The notes under the pieces were generated by a model. The model ran no database searches and had not been told where the DNA came from. It saw nothing but the letters and a program-made list of their open reading frames with translations. Both the position numbers and the translations under genes were made by a program. Below are positions 29,600-39,819 of a DNA stretch of 64,000 bases, piece after piece. Each line of letters begins with the position of its first letter. Position 1 is the stretch's first letter. This stretch comes from Tubiluchus corallicola (Eukaryota > Animalia > Priapulida): assembly GCA_030141605.1 (NCBI GenBank), contig JAQGDQ010002369.1:809889-873888 (forward strand), given 5' to 3'.

Positions 29600-31186
29600 A
29601 TGAAAGTTTTCCCCACAGTACTATCTCTACTACTTTTCATTTCGTTCAGTTGCCAGAAAAAAGACATCCCCCAGAGCAGGCAAACTCTCCGGCTTAACCT
29701 ATCTTCAGAACTGACTACGATTGATCCCCGAAAGGGCACAGACCTTGCTCCCCATATTGTAATGAGGACTCTTTTTGAAGGCCTGATGCGCCTTGATGAT
29801 GAAGGAAAAGCGCAGCCAGCTTTAGCTGAAGCTGTGGAAGTTGCTTCCGATGGAATGACCTTTACTTTTCATTTGAGGAAGTCCTTCTGGTCCAACAAGG
29901 ATCCCATTACTGCTCATGACTTTGTGCGAACCTACCATGAGATCCTCTCTCCCCTTTCCGATTCACGAAATGCCTGGATTCTTTATCCGATCAAGGGAGC
30001 CAAAGAAGCAAAAGAGAATAAGAGAGAGCTCGAGACCATTGGAATTAGAGCCATTGATGATCGAACTCTTGTATTCGAGCTTGAATACCCTATTCCCTTT
30101 TTTCTGGAACTGACAGCTCATACTCCTTTTTATCCCGTACACGCACACTCCTCAGTCTTTTTTGAAGACTCTTCCAATGCTTCTGATTTAGTATGCAGCG
30201 GTCCTTTTCGCCTGAAAGAATGGATCGTGAACTCCCACCTTCTTTTGGAAAAGAATCCCGATTACTGGGATAGCAAACAGGTCAAGATGGAACAGATTCA
30301 CTTAAGCGTAGTCAAGGATCCCATGACTGCCTTGCGTCTTTTCGAGCAGGGAGAACTGGACGGGATCGGCCAGCCTCTGAGCAATCTCCCTCCAGATGCA
30401 ATGGAAGAGCTTAGAGAAAGGTATACTTTTGAGAAGGCTCCTATCGCTGCAACCTGCTGGCTTGTTTTCAATACGCAAAAGCCTCCCTTTGATAATGCCC
30501 ATCTTCGAAAAGCTTTCAATCTGGCCATTCACCGCAAAGCTCTGATCGAACATGTTCTTCAAGAAGATCATGTTCCTGCAATGGGAGCCATTCCCCATTG
30601 TGTTCGTGCAGGTGAAGACCATTTTCAGGATGCCGACGTGGAAGCAGCCAAAGTCCATTTTGAAGAGGCCCTGAAAGAACTCAATATCAAACGGGAAGAT
30701 TTGAACATTACCTTCGATTATTCTCTAAGCGACATCAACCATCGTCTCGGACAAGCTTTGCAGCAACAGTGGTACAAGACGTTTGGAATTCAGGTGAAAC
30801 TTCATTGCCAGGAATGGAAAGTACATCTCTCAAAAATGGTCGGTGGAGATTATCAGATTGCCAGAACAGCATGGTTCGGCGATTACAATGATCCCATTTC
30901 ATTTCTGGACCTGTTCAAATATCAGTCCAATGGAACGAACTATCCCCGATGGAAAAATGACTCCTTTACCCAGCTATTGGAAAAAGCCCTATGGGCCGTC
31001 GACATGGACCATCGGACAGCTCTTCTGGAAAAAGCTGAAAAAGTATTGATGGAAGACATGCCTATTTCTCCTATTTTCTTCTATCACTACAACTACTTGA
31101 AAACTCCAAATTTGAAGGGTTATAACGTCAACAAAATTGGAGAAGTCGATTTTAAAACAGCATTTTTTGAGGAAGATAGGGATTGA
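29600..31186 (+). CDS. oppA: Oligopeptide ABC transporter substrate-binding lipoprotein
   Basis: RBS AAGGAG, lipobox FSC, LFEGL, NPDYWD and W.GDYNDP family-5 SBP motifs. Confidence 0.92.
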   Translation: MKVFPTVLSLLLFISFSCQKKDIPQSRQTLRLNLSSELTTIDPRKGTDLAPHIVMRTLFEGLMRLDDEGKAQPALAEAVEVASDGMTFTFHLRKSFWSNKDPITAHDFVRTYHEILSPLSDSRNAWILYPIKGAKEAKENKRELETIGIRAIDDRTLVFELEYPIPFFLELTAHTPFYPVHAHSSVFFEDSSNASDLVCSGPFRLKEWIVNSHLLLEKNPDYWDSKQVKMEQIHLSVVKDPMTALRLFEQGELDGIGQPLSNLPPDAMEELRERYTFEKAPIAATCWLVFNTQKPPFDNAHLRKAFNLAIHRKALIEHVLQEDHVPAMGAIPHCVRAGEDHFQDADVEAAKVHFEEALKELNIKREDLNITFDYSLSDINHRLGQALQQQWYKTFGIQVKLHCQEWKVHLSKMVGGDYQIARTAWFGDYNDPISFLDLFKYQSNGTNYPRWKNDSFTQLLEKALWAVDMDHRTALLEKAEKVLMEDMPISPIFFYHYNYLKTPNLKGYNVNKIGEVDFKTAFFEEDRD

Positions 31187-32139
31187 CACTCGCCTATTTT
31201 ATTAAAAGAATACTCGTTCTCTTTTTGTCGCTTTTCTTAGTGATTACAGGAACTTTTTTTCTCATGAAAATCATTCCTGGAGATCCCTTCATCCAGGATA
31301 AGATCGTTCCACAGGAAGTGATGGAAGCGATCCATCTATATTATGGACTGGACAAACCTCTTTGGCTCCAATACCTGAAATACCTCAAAGGATTCGTCAC
31401 TGCTGATTTAGGGCCTTCGTTAATTTATCAGGGAAGATCAGTCAATCAAATCATTCGGGAAGGACTTCCTGTCTCTGCTGCTGTTGGAGTCCAGGCTCTT
31501 CTTCTATCTTTGTTCTTAGGAACGCTTTTGGGAAGCATAGCAGCCGCCAAACAACAAAAATGGCAGAACAATGCAGCGATGATTTTTACCACCATTGGAA
31601 TTTCCATTCCCAACTTCGTCATGGCCTCTTTGCTTCAATATATTTTTTGTATGAAGTTGAACCTATTGCCTGTAGCTCGCTGGGGATCTTACGGACATAC
31701 GATCCTTCCCACCATCGCACTGGCCTGTATGCCCACAGCATTCATCGCCCGCCTGATCCGAGCAAACATGGTCGAGGTATTGAAACAGGATTACATTAAA
31801 ACTGCCTATGCCAAGGGACTCAAACTTCCAAAAGTTATTTTAAAACATGCTCTTCGCAATGCAATTCTTCCTGTTGTCTCTTATTTGGGCCCAATTGCGA
31901 CTTATCTATTGACAGGAAGCTTTGTCATTGAAAAAATCTTCGGGATTCCTGGATTAGGCCAATGGTTAGTATTGAGTATTTCAAATCGAGATTATCCTGT
32001 AATATTAGGATTGACTGTATTCTACAGTACTTTGTTGTTAACAATCGTTTTTTTAGTCGACATTCTCTATACGTTCATCGATCCTCGCGTCCAAATTTCT
32101 CAGAGGAGAGAAGATGAAAGGACAGAATTTGCTTTTTGA
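31183..32139 (+). CDS. oppB: Oligopeptide ABC permease
   Basis: PGDPF, YGLDKP, DYIKTAYAKG, RDYPVI and DPRV. Confidence 0.93.
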   Translation: MTLAYFIKRILVLFLSLFLVITGTFFLMKIIPGDPFIQDKIVPQEVMEAIHLYYGLDKPLWLQYLKYLKGFVTADLGPSLIYQGRSVNQIIREGLPVSAAVGVQALLLSLFLGTLLGSIAAAKQQKWQNNAAMIFTTIGISIPNFVMASLLQYIFCMKLNLLPVARWGSYGHTILPTIALACMPTAFIARLIRANMVEVLKQDYIKTAYAKGLKLPKVILKHALRNAILPVVSYLGPIATYLLTGSFVIEKIFGIPGLGQWLVLSISNRDYPVILGLTVFYSTLLLTIVFLVDILYTFIDPRVQISQRREDERTEFAF

Positions 32140-33040
32140 ACCTCTAGATCCGTCAGAGATTCAAATCCCTTTTGAAGTCTCTCATTCTCTCAGCTATTGG
32201 CAGGATGTTTGGAGAAGATTCAAAAAGCATAAGATTGCCATTGCTGCCCTAGTTCTTATTGCCCTTCTCGCAGCTCTTTCTCTGGTCGGGCCATACCTCA
32301 AAACCTATTCCTATTTTGAAACAAATCTCGACATCAAAAATCTATCTCCATCAAAAACATTCTGGTTTGGAACGGATGAATTAGGACGGGATATTTTTAC
32401 CCGGGTGTGGATGGGAGCCAGGATCTCTTTTCTCGTCGGCGTAGCAGCTGCCGTCATCGACCTTGTAATCGGAGTCATTTGGGGCACAACGGCTGCCGTT
32501 TTTGGTGGCAAAATTGATGAGATCATGATGCGCATCTCTGATATTTTGTATTCCATCCCCTATCTTCTTACCGTTATCTTATTGATGGTCGTCCTGGGAG
32601 CCGGCCTTTTAACCATTCTCATCGCCTTAACTTTAACGGGATGGATCAATATGGCCCGGATCGTAAGAGGACAGATATTACAGCTCAAAGAATGTGAGTT
32701 CATCTGCGCCGCGAAAGCGCTTGGAGCATCGAGAGCAAGAATCATTATGAGACATCTGATTCCCAATGCCATGGGGCCGATCCTTGCTACAATGACCCTG
32801 ACCATACCAACGGCTATTTTTACGGAAGCCTTTTTGAGTTTTCTGGGACTTGGCATTCAAGCTCCGATTGCGAGTTTGGGAGTCATGATCAGTGATGCTT
32901 TAGGGGCATTCAATTATTTTCCCTGGAGATTATTTTTTCCCGCCCTGGTCCTGACTGTGGCGATTTTTGCCCTAAACCTTTTAGGCGATAGTTTAAGAGA
33001 TATATTAGATCCCCGATTTCATAATGAGCTTGATACTTAA
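32114..33040 (+). CDS. oppC: Oligopeptide ABC permease
   Basis: FGTDELGRDI, EAFLSFLGLG and GDSLRDILDP. Confidence 0.93.
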   Translation: MKGQNLLFEPLDPSEIQIPFEVSHSLSYWQDVWRRFKKHKIAIAALVLIALLAALSLVGPYLKTYSYFETNLDIKNLSPSKTFWFGTDELGRDIFTRVWMGARISFLVGVAAAVIDLVIGVIWGTTAAVFGGKIDEIMMRISDILYSIPYLLTVILLMVVLGAGLLTILIALTLTGWINMARIVRGQILQLKECEFICAAKALGASRARIIMRHLIPNAMGPILATMTLTIPTAIFTEAFLSFLGLGIQAPIASLGVMISDALGAFNYFPWRLFFPALVLTVAIFALNLLGDSLRDILDPRFHNELDT

Positions 33041-34043
33041 TGTAGAAAATTTATCTGTCTCCTTTGAAGCTTCTCAAAAGAAGATTCTGGCAGTAAGAAA
33101 TGCCAACTTTCAACTCTTTGAAGGAGAAACCATTGGTATTGTTGGTGAGTCGGGCTGTGGAAAAAGCGTCCTTACCCAATCTCTCTTAAAGCTCATTCAA
33201 ATGCCTCCGGGAAAAATAGAAAGCGGATCGGTTTTCTTCGAGGGAAAGAATCTTCTTTCATTGGAAGAGAAAGAGCTTTCTTCTTACCGGGGACATAAAA
33301 TTGGAATGGTCTTCCAAGATCCTTTTACCTCGCTAAATCCCACAATGGTCATCGGCAAACAGATTATGGAGCCTCTTCTATCCCATAATCTCTGTTCAAC
33401 CTCTGCTGCAAAAGAAAGAGCCCTTGAACTTCTCCATCTTGTCGGCATCCCCAATCCCTCAGATCGCTTTTACCAGTATCCGCATGAACTGTCCGGTGGA
33501 ATGAGACAAAGGGTAATGATCGCTATCTCATTAGCCTGCAAACCACAAATCCTGATTGCCGATGAACCGACTACAGCCCTTGATGTCACCATCCAGGCAC
33601 AAATCCTAGACCTGGTGCTTAAGGAAATCAAAAAGAAGACACAGACAAGCATTCTATTGATCACACACGACTTGGGCGTTATATCGAGCATATGTGATCG
33701 TGTGTTAGTGATGTATGCGGGAAAAATCATCGAGACCGGTCCTGTTGAAAAGGTTTTAAAATCACCTCTTCATCCTTATACCCAAATGCTCCTCGATTCT
33801 CTTTTCCGTCTCGACGAAAAACAGAAAAAGGAATTAAAGGAAGGCTCTCCTCCTGTATTGGTCCGTGACATCAAGGGTTGTGCTTTCACACCGAGATGTC
33901 CCGCAGCAATGAATATCTGTGCAAAAATATCTCCTCCCATGATGACAAAAGGAAAACCGGCTGCCTCATGCTGGCTCCATCAAAGGAAAACTCATGACCC
34001 CTCTATTAAAAGTAAGGAATCTCAAAAAGTATTTTCCCGTTAA
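33024..34043 (+). CDS. oppD: Oligopeptide ABC ATPase
   Basis: [25 protein letters not shown] and HPYT with C-terminal Cys cluster. Confidence 0.94.
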   Translation: MSLILNVENLSVSFEASQKKILAVRNANFQLFEGETIGIVGESGCGKSVLTQSLLKLIQMPPGKIESGSVFFEGKNLLSLEEKELSSYRGHKIGMVFQDPFTSLNPTMVIGKQIMEPLLSHNLCSTSAAKERALELLHLVGIPNPSDRFYQYPHELSGGMRQRVMIAISLACKPQILIADEPTTALDVTIQAQILDLVLKEIKKKTQTSILLITHDLGVISSICDRVLVMYAGKIIETGPVEKVLKSPLHPYTQMLLDSLFRLDEKQKKELKEGSPPVLVRDIKGCAFTPRCPAAMNICAKISPPMMTKGKPAASCWLHQRKTHDPSIKSKESQKVFSR

Positions 34044-34941
34044 TAAACAGTGTCTGAAAGCTGTCGACGACATTAGTTTTGACATCCAATCGGGAGAAAC
34101 TTTGGGATTGGTGGGAGAATCTGGCTGTGGGAAATCAACTGTTGGAAAAATGGTCCTACGGCTTCTTGAGCCCACCCAGGGGGATATTTTTTTCGAGGGA
34201 AAACAACTCGGGAAACTGAAAAAACGGGAAATGCACGCCTTTCGTAAAAAAGCCCAAATCATATTTCAAGATCCCTATGCTTCTTTGGATCCCAGAATGA
34301 CAGTTGGCGATACTATTGGTGAAGCACTAGAGATTCATCATCTTGCTCCCCATTCTAAGAGAAAATCCAAAATCGAAGAACTGCTTAATCTTGTCCAGCT
34401 GCATCCTTCAATGATGAACAGGTTTCCTCATGAGTTCAGCGGAGGACAAAGGCAAAGGATAACAATTGCAAGAGCTCTTGCTGTCAGTCCTCAATTCATA
34501 GTTTGTGATGAACCAATATCAGCCCTTGATGTTTCCATCCAGGCACAGATCATTCATCTACTGACAAAACTTCAAAAACAATTCCAACTGACCTATTTAT
34601 TCATCGCTCATGATCTTGCTGTCGTCAAATATATATCAGACAGGGTAGCAGTGATGTACCTCGGTCACATCATGGAGCTTGCTTCAAAAGAAGACCTCTT
34701 CGCAAACCCGCTTCACCCCTATACCCGAGCCCTCCTCTCTGCCGTTCCCATTCCTGATCCAGAGAGAGAGAGAAAAAGGAGTCGTATCATTTTGAAAGGA
34801 GACGTTCCCTCTCCGATCGATCCACCGAAAGGATGTCCTTTCTGTTCCCGTTGTCCAAAGGCACAAAGCATTTGTTTTGTGAAAAAACCAGAGTTCAAAA
34901 TGGTTTCTCCTTCTCATTTTTCAGCATGTCATTTTCAATAA
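33994..34941 (+). CDS. oppF: Oligopeptide ABC ATPase
   Basis: [17 protein letters not shown] and CDEPISALD. Confidence 0.94.
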   Translation: MTPLLKVRNLKKYFPVNKQCLKAVDDISFDIQSGETLGLVGESGCGKSTVGKMVLRLLEPTQGDIFFEGKQLGKLKKREMHAFRKKAQIIFQDPYASLDPRMTVGDTIGEALEIHHLAPHSKRKSKIEELLNLVQLHPSMMNRFPHEFSGGQRQRITIARALAVSPQFIVCDEPISALDVSIQAQIIHLLTKLQKQFQLTYLFIAHDLAVVKYISDRVAVMYLGHIMELASKEDLFANPLHPYTRALLSAVPIPDPERERKRSRIILKGDVPSPIDPPKGCPFCSRCPKAQSICFVKKPEFKMVSPSHFSACHFQ

Positions 34942-34992
34942 TCTTTTCTTCTGATACACATTAGATTCATACTATAGGTAGAGGTTTTTCCT

Positions 34993-36264
34993 TTGGGCAA
35001 AGTTCATCCAATGAAGTGGATCATCTGGATCCTGGCGGCAGTCTTTTATTTTTACGAGTATCTTCTCCGTGTTTCTCCCAGTGTCATGGTTCATGAACTG
35101 ATGAGTTCTTTCAATACCAATGCAGCCATCATTGGAGTGATCAGTGCGTTTTACTTTTATGCCTACGCACCCATGCAGCTTCCTGTCGGTATGCTGATGG
35201 ACAAATATGGAGCGCGTAAGCTCCTTACTTTTGCCGCCCTCGTTTGTGGACTAGGTACAGTTGTCTTTGGAATATCTCCTCAAATTTGGCTCGCAGATGC
35301 AGGAAGATTTCTTGTTGGAATCGGCTCCGCGTTTGCTTTTGTGGGAATCGTATTCGTCACTTCCCACTGGTTTCCGCTTCAGAAAAGAGGACTCTTGATC
35401 GGTTTAGGAAATTCCATAGGAATGCTTGGCGCTGTTGTGGGACAGGGCCCGCTTGCGGCTGCTGTTAGTGCCTGGGGATGGAGAGAGTCGATGATTGCTA
35501 TTGGTATCTTTGGTCTCATCTTAGGAGTTATCATTTACCTGCTTGTCCGCAACGAGCCTGTTTCAATGGAAAAGGCCCACGAAAAAAAAGCTGCCAAAAG
35601 AAAGGGCTGGGCGGATGTTGTTGCAGTCTGCAAAAATCCTTATACCTGGGTTAATGCCATTGTAGCTCTTCTCTTTTACATTACGACGACAGCTCTTGGC
35701 GGACTATGGGGCATCCCCTTTTTACAAAGCGCTTATCATGTAAGTAAAGAAACGGCTGGATTCGCCATGTCGATGATTTTTATCGGATGGCTTGTAGGAG
35801 GCCCGATCATCGGATATTTTTCTGATAGGATGAAGAGAAGAAAGATCGTCCTAATTATTTCCATTGGCCTGACCTGTATCTTCTTGATGCCCGTGATTTA
35901 CTTCACTCATCTTCCTATCTATGTCATCTATATTTTGCTATTCCTTGTCGGGTTATTTTCTTCAGCTCAGCTACTTAATTTCAGCCTTGCTGTTGAGATC
36001 AACATCAAAGAAGCAAAAGCTACAGCTGCTGCTTTCACAAACTTCATGATTGCTGCTTCAGGATCTATCATACAGCCTGTCATAGGGTACCTTCTCGATC
36101 TGGGCTGGCATGGAGAAATGATAGCAGGAAGCCCTGTCTATGATGCTGGGGACTATCATCTCGCCTTGAGTACTCTTCCTCTTTCACTCATTTTGGCTTT
36201 TCTCGTTTGCTTCTTCATCAAGGAGAAAAGGGCGGACGTTGTCCGATCCATTTATAACGATTAA
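34993..36264 (+). CDS. MFS transporter
   Basis: Motif A (GMLMDKYGAR, GYFSDRMKRR); about 12 TM helices. Confidence 0.9.
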   Translation: MGKVHPMKWIIWILAAVFYFYEYLLRVSPSVMVHELMSSFNTNAAIIGVISAFYFYAYAPMQLPVGMLMDKYGARKLLTFAALVCGLGTVVFGISPQIWLADAGRFLVGIGSAFAFVGIVFVTSHWFPLQKRGLLIGLGNSIGMLGAVVGQGPLAAAVSAWGWRESMIAIGIFGLILGVIIYLLVRNEPVSMEKAHEKKAAKRKGWADVVAVCKNPYTWVNAIVALLFYITTTALGGLWGIPFLQSAYHVSKETAGFAMSMIFIGWLVGGPIIGYFSDRMKRRKIVLIISIGLTCIFLMPVIYFTHLPIYVIYILLFLVGLFSSAQLLNFSLAVEINIKEAKATAAAFTNFMIAASGSIIQPVIGYLLDLGWHGEMIAGSPVYDAGDYHLALSTLPLSLILAFLVCFFIKEKRADVVRSIYND

Positions 36265-36316
36265 TCCCTCCTTTATGGTATTCTCTTCGGCTTCAATAAC
36301 CTAAAGGAGAATAATA

Positions 36317-36529
36317 ATGTCTTTTCAACTTCCACCTCCAGGACAAGAAAAAATGGTTACATCGCTAGAAGATCTTCTCCCTCCCCCTACTGCTGACGCT
36401 GAAGAAGTTCCATTATCACCAGTTGCAGAAGAAGATGAAAATCCAAAACCAGTAGAAGTAAAAGATGTAGAAGTGGAAATCGTCGAAAAACCGAAACCTG
36501 ACCCTAATGCATTGTCGGATAAAGTCTAA
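36317..36529 (+). CDS. Small acidic, Pro-rich, probably disordered protein
   Basis: 70 aa; RBS AAGGAG; rich in E, D, P and V. Confidence 0.65.
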   Translation: MSFQLPPPGQEKMVTSLEDLLPPPTADAEEVPLSPVAEEDENPKPVEVKDVEVEIVEKPKPDPNALSDKV

Positions 36530-36542
36530 TCTTTGATTTCCA

Positions 36543-37670
36543 TCAGTGGACGTAAGCTCTATTCCAGTAGGGATGAGTTAGATCTTTTTCATACTGGCAT
36601 GTGTTCTCATCATAGACCTTGGCAGGTTCGATGTTCTCGCCATAGAATGATTGCAGATATTTTTTTGTCTTGTTGGGAACAAAGACCTCGATTCCATCAA
36701 AGAGGGCTTTCTTCAACGGGAAGACTGTATCGTAGTCCATCGGAACAGTGAACCTTCTCTCCCGTATTCTCCATGACTCGGGCAAAAAGATACTGTATTC
36801 GTTCGAAAGAATGTACTGCACAGTCTTATTTTCCGGATGAACGGCAAAATGATAAATATCGATCATTGCTTCGCCCTGCTTGACAAAGATTTTCAAGTAG
36901 GTATTAGGAAGGCATCTGTTCGACCAATCCTGAACTTCGTATTTATCTTTATCCAATTCATTCAGAGCTCTTCGTACATTTTCAAAGTCGGGCTCCAATA
37001 TTGCGATGTCGATATCCATATCCCAGGGAATTACGCCACCATAGCGATAGGCACCTAAACAGGTCCCACAATCGACCCAGCATGGGATATTATACTTTTT
37101 CAGAATCTGAAAGACCTCATGTAAGGCCTCTTTTTCTTTTGCCAAATGATTCTCATCTCCCGGCCTTCTTCTATGCCATGTAAGATCAATCCATTCGGCA
37201 TCATTCATATCTCCGATGTTCAGTCCTAATTTTTCATAATACTCTGTGTTGGAGACTACATCAGTTCGATTGAGGTACTCTTTAATCAGTCTGTGTTTTT
37301 CTCTCACTCCGGAATCTAAATAGGAAAGGGCTTTCAAAAGAGTCCCGATCGGCAAGCTGTAAGAAAGAGCGCAGAAACTGGCACCAGTCTTAATCCAGAA
37401 ATGGAGATTATAATCAAAGCGCTGTTTCAACCGGTAAGTCATTTTGCCGTCTTCCTCAACGGGATATGCTATTTTTCCTGCAAGGATATACTGCGTGGGA
37501 ATCAAAGCAATGTTGGCAGCTTTTTCCAACCCCCTAGCATCTTCAGAGGCAACATTGATGAATGGATTGATAATGAGCGCATGGTACCAAAGGACAAGCG
37601 GCATCCCAATATGCATGATCGCGACACCGATTTTTTGAAGCATGCCCATAATATTCATCCGAATGATCAT
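36543..37670 (-). CDS. LicD-family nucleotidyl/phosphotransferase with N-terminal membrane extension
   Basis: WVDCGTCLGAYRYGGVIPWDMDIDI signature and late VFVPN...YL..FYG motif. Confidence 0.88.
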   Translation of the reverse strand: MIIRMNIMGMLQKIGVAIMHIGMPLVLWYHALIINPFINVASEDARGLEKAANIALIPTQYILAGKIAYPVEEDGKMTYRLKQRFDYNLHFWIKTGASFCALSYSLPIGTLLKALSYLDSGVREKHRLIKEYLNRTDVVSNTEYYEKLGLNIGDMNDAEWIDLTWHRRRPGDENHLAKEKEALHEVFQILKKYNIPCWVDCGTCLGAYRYGGVIPWDMDIDIAILEPDFENVRRALNELDKDKYEVQDWSNRCLPNTYLKIFVKQGEAMIDIYHFAVHPENKTVQYILSNEYSIFLPESWRIRERRFTVPMDYDTVFPLKKALFDGIEVFVPNKTKKYLQSFYGENIEPAKVYDENTCQYEKDLTHPYWNRAYVH

Positions 37671-37781
37671 AAGAATATAAGTCTCTCAAAGCAAGTATGT
37701 TTTTACAAAACAGTTGATTCATTGCACTCTTCAAATATATAAGAATTATATTAAATATACACAAATTATTAATAATTAATT

Positions 37782-38156
37782 ATGCGTGCGATAAAAGTCA
37801 ATTCAATCCCAGCGGTTACCAGGCCGATCAAGGCCCGAAGGAAGACCTCTTCTTCTAGAATTGAGGAAGAAGTCCTCGTATCGGCATATCTCGATCCAGG
37901 AGAAGAAAAAATTCTGGAGGATTCGATCTGCTTTGCGAATGAATCGTATGGGAAAGTTCTTCTTCTTCTGCGTTATAAGCCTAAGAAAGGTTACTATGTG
38001 GAAGTCTTTGACCAAAACCAGGAGCTGGTTCTTGGCTGCCCGATTTCAAAGAACAGGAGCTATGTTCTTCGATCTCGTTTTGCTTGGGACAAGCTTTATG
38101 GAGAAGAAGAAATCTTTCAATTGATTCCAAAATCTGCGAGGTCATCTGATGAATAG
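37782..38156 (+). CDS. Hypothetical protein
   Basis: 124-aa ORF after an AT-rich intergenic region; overlaps the 3' end of the convergent gene. Confidence 0.5.
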   Translation: MRAIKVNSIPAVTRPIKARRKTSSSRIEEEVLVSAYLDPGEEKILEDSICFANESYGKVLLLLRYKPKKGYYVEVFDQNQELVLGCPISKNRSYVLRSRFAWDKLYGEEEIFQLIPKSARSSDE

Positions 38157-39198
38157 GATCTCTCGGTGTTTGGAATACTTCAAAAAAATCAAGAGAACTC
38201 GTTTCCCCTTCAAGTTCCTGAAGGCTTCCCACTCTTCTTGCGAGTTGGGAGTCAATCGCAGGATTGGAATAGTTCTGGCTCGAAGGAATAATATAGAGCA
38301 CTTTTTTTCCCGCACTAAGCGCCTGAAACCCCACACTCGATTGATGGCAGAGTACCGTATCACTGATAGCAATTGCTTCAATCGTCGTAATCTCTTTGGC
38401 TAGTACCCGGATGATCGGGGATCCTTTAGTGAATTCTTTTTCGAAAAAACCATCTGTTTTAGGATGAGGCTGGACGAGAACCTGGTATTGATCGGGATCC
38501 AGTTCATCGATGAGATCAACAAACAGTGCAAACCCTTCCTCATATTCACTTCCATATCCCCCGATGAAAACGAGCGTTTTCTTCTCAGAGGAAATCCCCA
38601 GCCGCTCTTGTATTAACCTTCGATCACACTGCAACAGTTCATTCCTCCAAACTTCTAAAGAAGGCTGGCCGACAACGACACAGTCTCTATTGAGATGAGA
38701 AGAAAAGTTTGATGAAGGAACAAAAAGTCGTTCAGCAAATTGTTGAACATGACGGGCTGTTTGAAAATACAAATCGGACCCTTGCGGGTTGAAGTTGTCC
38801 CAGTAAGCGATCGTCTCCACCTTTTTTTCCCGGAACTTTTTTAGGATTTGTCCTTGGAATTGAAAGGCTACACCTGTCCATACAGCTTTAGGATGAATTT
38901 CTGTTTCGATGTTTTCCAGTTCACTTTGAGTAAAAAGATCATCTCGAGCCCAAGTGCGGTCAACCTCGCGGGAAAAGCCCAATTGAAAATAGGAAAGGAC
39001 TTTTTTCCCATGGGAAAGACAAATAGACTCGGCCACTCCCCCTGCAAGAATTTCATAATTGGCTCCTTCCTTTTCCAGCTCGTCCATTACAGGAAGAATC
39101 GCATTCGCCTCTCCTGCATCCTGAAGAACAAAAAGAAGATCCGTTTCAATCGGCGCACAGAAAAGTAGGAAGGGAAAGATAAGGAGAAATAGTTTCAT
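37981..39198 (-). CDS. GT-B fold glycosyl/glycerophosphotransferase-like protein with N-terminal signal peptide
   Basis: QDAGEAN, AYWDN, VVGQPSLE, VQPHPK and EAIAISDTVLCHQSSVGFQALSAGKKV, resembling CDP-glycerol transferase / capsule-synthesis GT-B C-termini. Confidence 0.65.
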   Translation of the reverse strand: MKLFLLIFPFLLFCAPIETDLLFVLQDAGEANAILPVMDELEKEGANYEILAGGVAESICLSHGKKVLSYFQLGFSREVDRTWARDDLFTQSELENIETEIHPKAVWTGVAFQFQGQILKKFREKKVETIAYWDNFNPQGSDLYFQTARHVQQFAERLFVPSSNFSSHLNRDCVVVGQPSLEVWRNELLQCDRRLIQERLGISSEKKTLVFIGGYGSEYEEGFALFVDLIDELDPDQYQVLVQPHPKTDGFFEKEFTKGSPIIRVLAKEITTIEAIAISDTVLCHQSSVGFQALSAGKKVLYIIPSSQNYSNPAIDSQLARRVGSLQELEGETSSLDFFEVFQTPRDPIHQMTSQILESIERFLLLHKACPKQNEIEEHSSCSLKSGSQEPAPGFGQRLPHSNLS

Positions 39199-39662
39199 GG
39201 CGGGTATATATAGTTAAGTAGTTTTCCTAATCCAAAGGCCACTTTATCGGAGAATTCTACAATGGCAGCTCCACTTTTTGCAATGCCGTCAGCCAGGAGT
39301 TCATCTCCGACCATTTCATTGCAGAAATCGCCTAAAGTAGGTGCATGCCCCACAAGAACAATCGTAGAATTCGGTTTGCAGTTTTGCAAACGGACGATCA
39401 GTTCATGTTCATTGAATGCAGCACCCAGTGCAGACTCTGTTTCATAATCAATTCCGAAAACTTCCCCTATGATCTCAGCAGTCTGCTTCGCTCTGAGTAA
39501 TGGAGAAGACCAGATCTCGGTAGGCTGGACTCTCTGTTTTTTCAATTCTTCAGTCATTTTTTTCTGAACGATCTTTCCTTCTTCCGATAAAGAACGCACA
39601 TCATCGCCTAAAGAGGGATCATCAACTGGTTTTGCATGACGTACAGCAATCACACGTAACAT
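39195..39662 (-). CDS. sixA: SixA-like phosphohistidine phosphatase
   Basis: VRHAK, SSPLLRAKQTA and LVGHAP histidine-phosphatase motifs; 155 aa. Confidence 0.85.
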   Translation of the reverse strand: MLRVIAVRHAKPVDDPSLGDDVRSLSEEGKIVQKKMTEELKKQRVQPTEIWSSPLLRAKQTAEIIGEVFGIDYETESALGAAFNEHELIVRLQNCKPNSTIVLVGHAPTLGDFCNEMVGDELLADGIAKSGAAIVEFSDKVAFGLGKLLNYIYPP

Positions 39663-39674
39663 AACACCTTCCTA

Positions 39675-39818
39675 TTAGTGAGATAGGTTCCAAGGGAAAA
39701 AGAGTCCCATTATTCCCATGATGATCAGATAGATCGCGACGATAAAATTCAATAGTCTTGGAATGAATAAAATCAGTATTCCGGCGATAAGAGAAATCAA
39801 AGGACTAATAAAATACAT
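39675..39818 (-). CDS. DUF3096-like small membrane protein (47 aa; missing from ORF track)
   Basis: Manual translation MYFISPLISLIAGILILFIPRLLNFIVAIYLIIMGIMGLFFPWNLSH; sits between ispH and sixA with 1-12 bp gaps. Confidence 0.85.
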   Translation of the reverse strand: MYFISPLISLIAGILILFIPRLLNFIVAIYLIIMGIMGLFFPWNLSH

Positions 39819-39819
39819 A

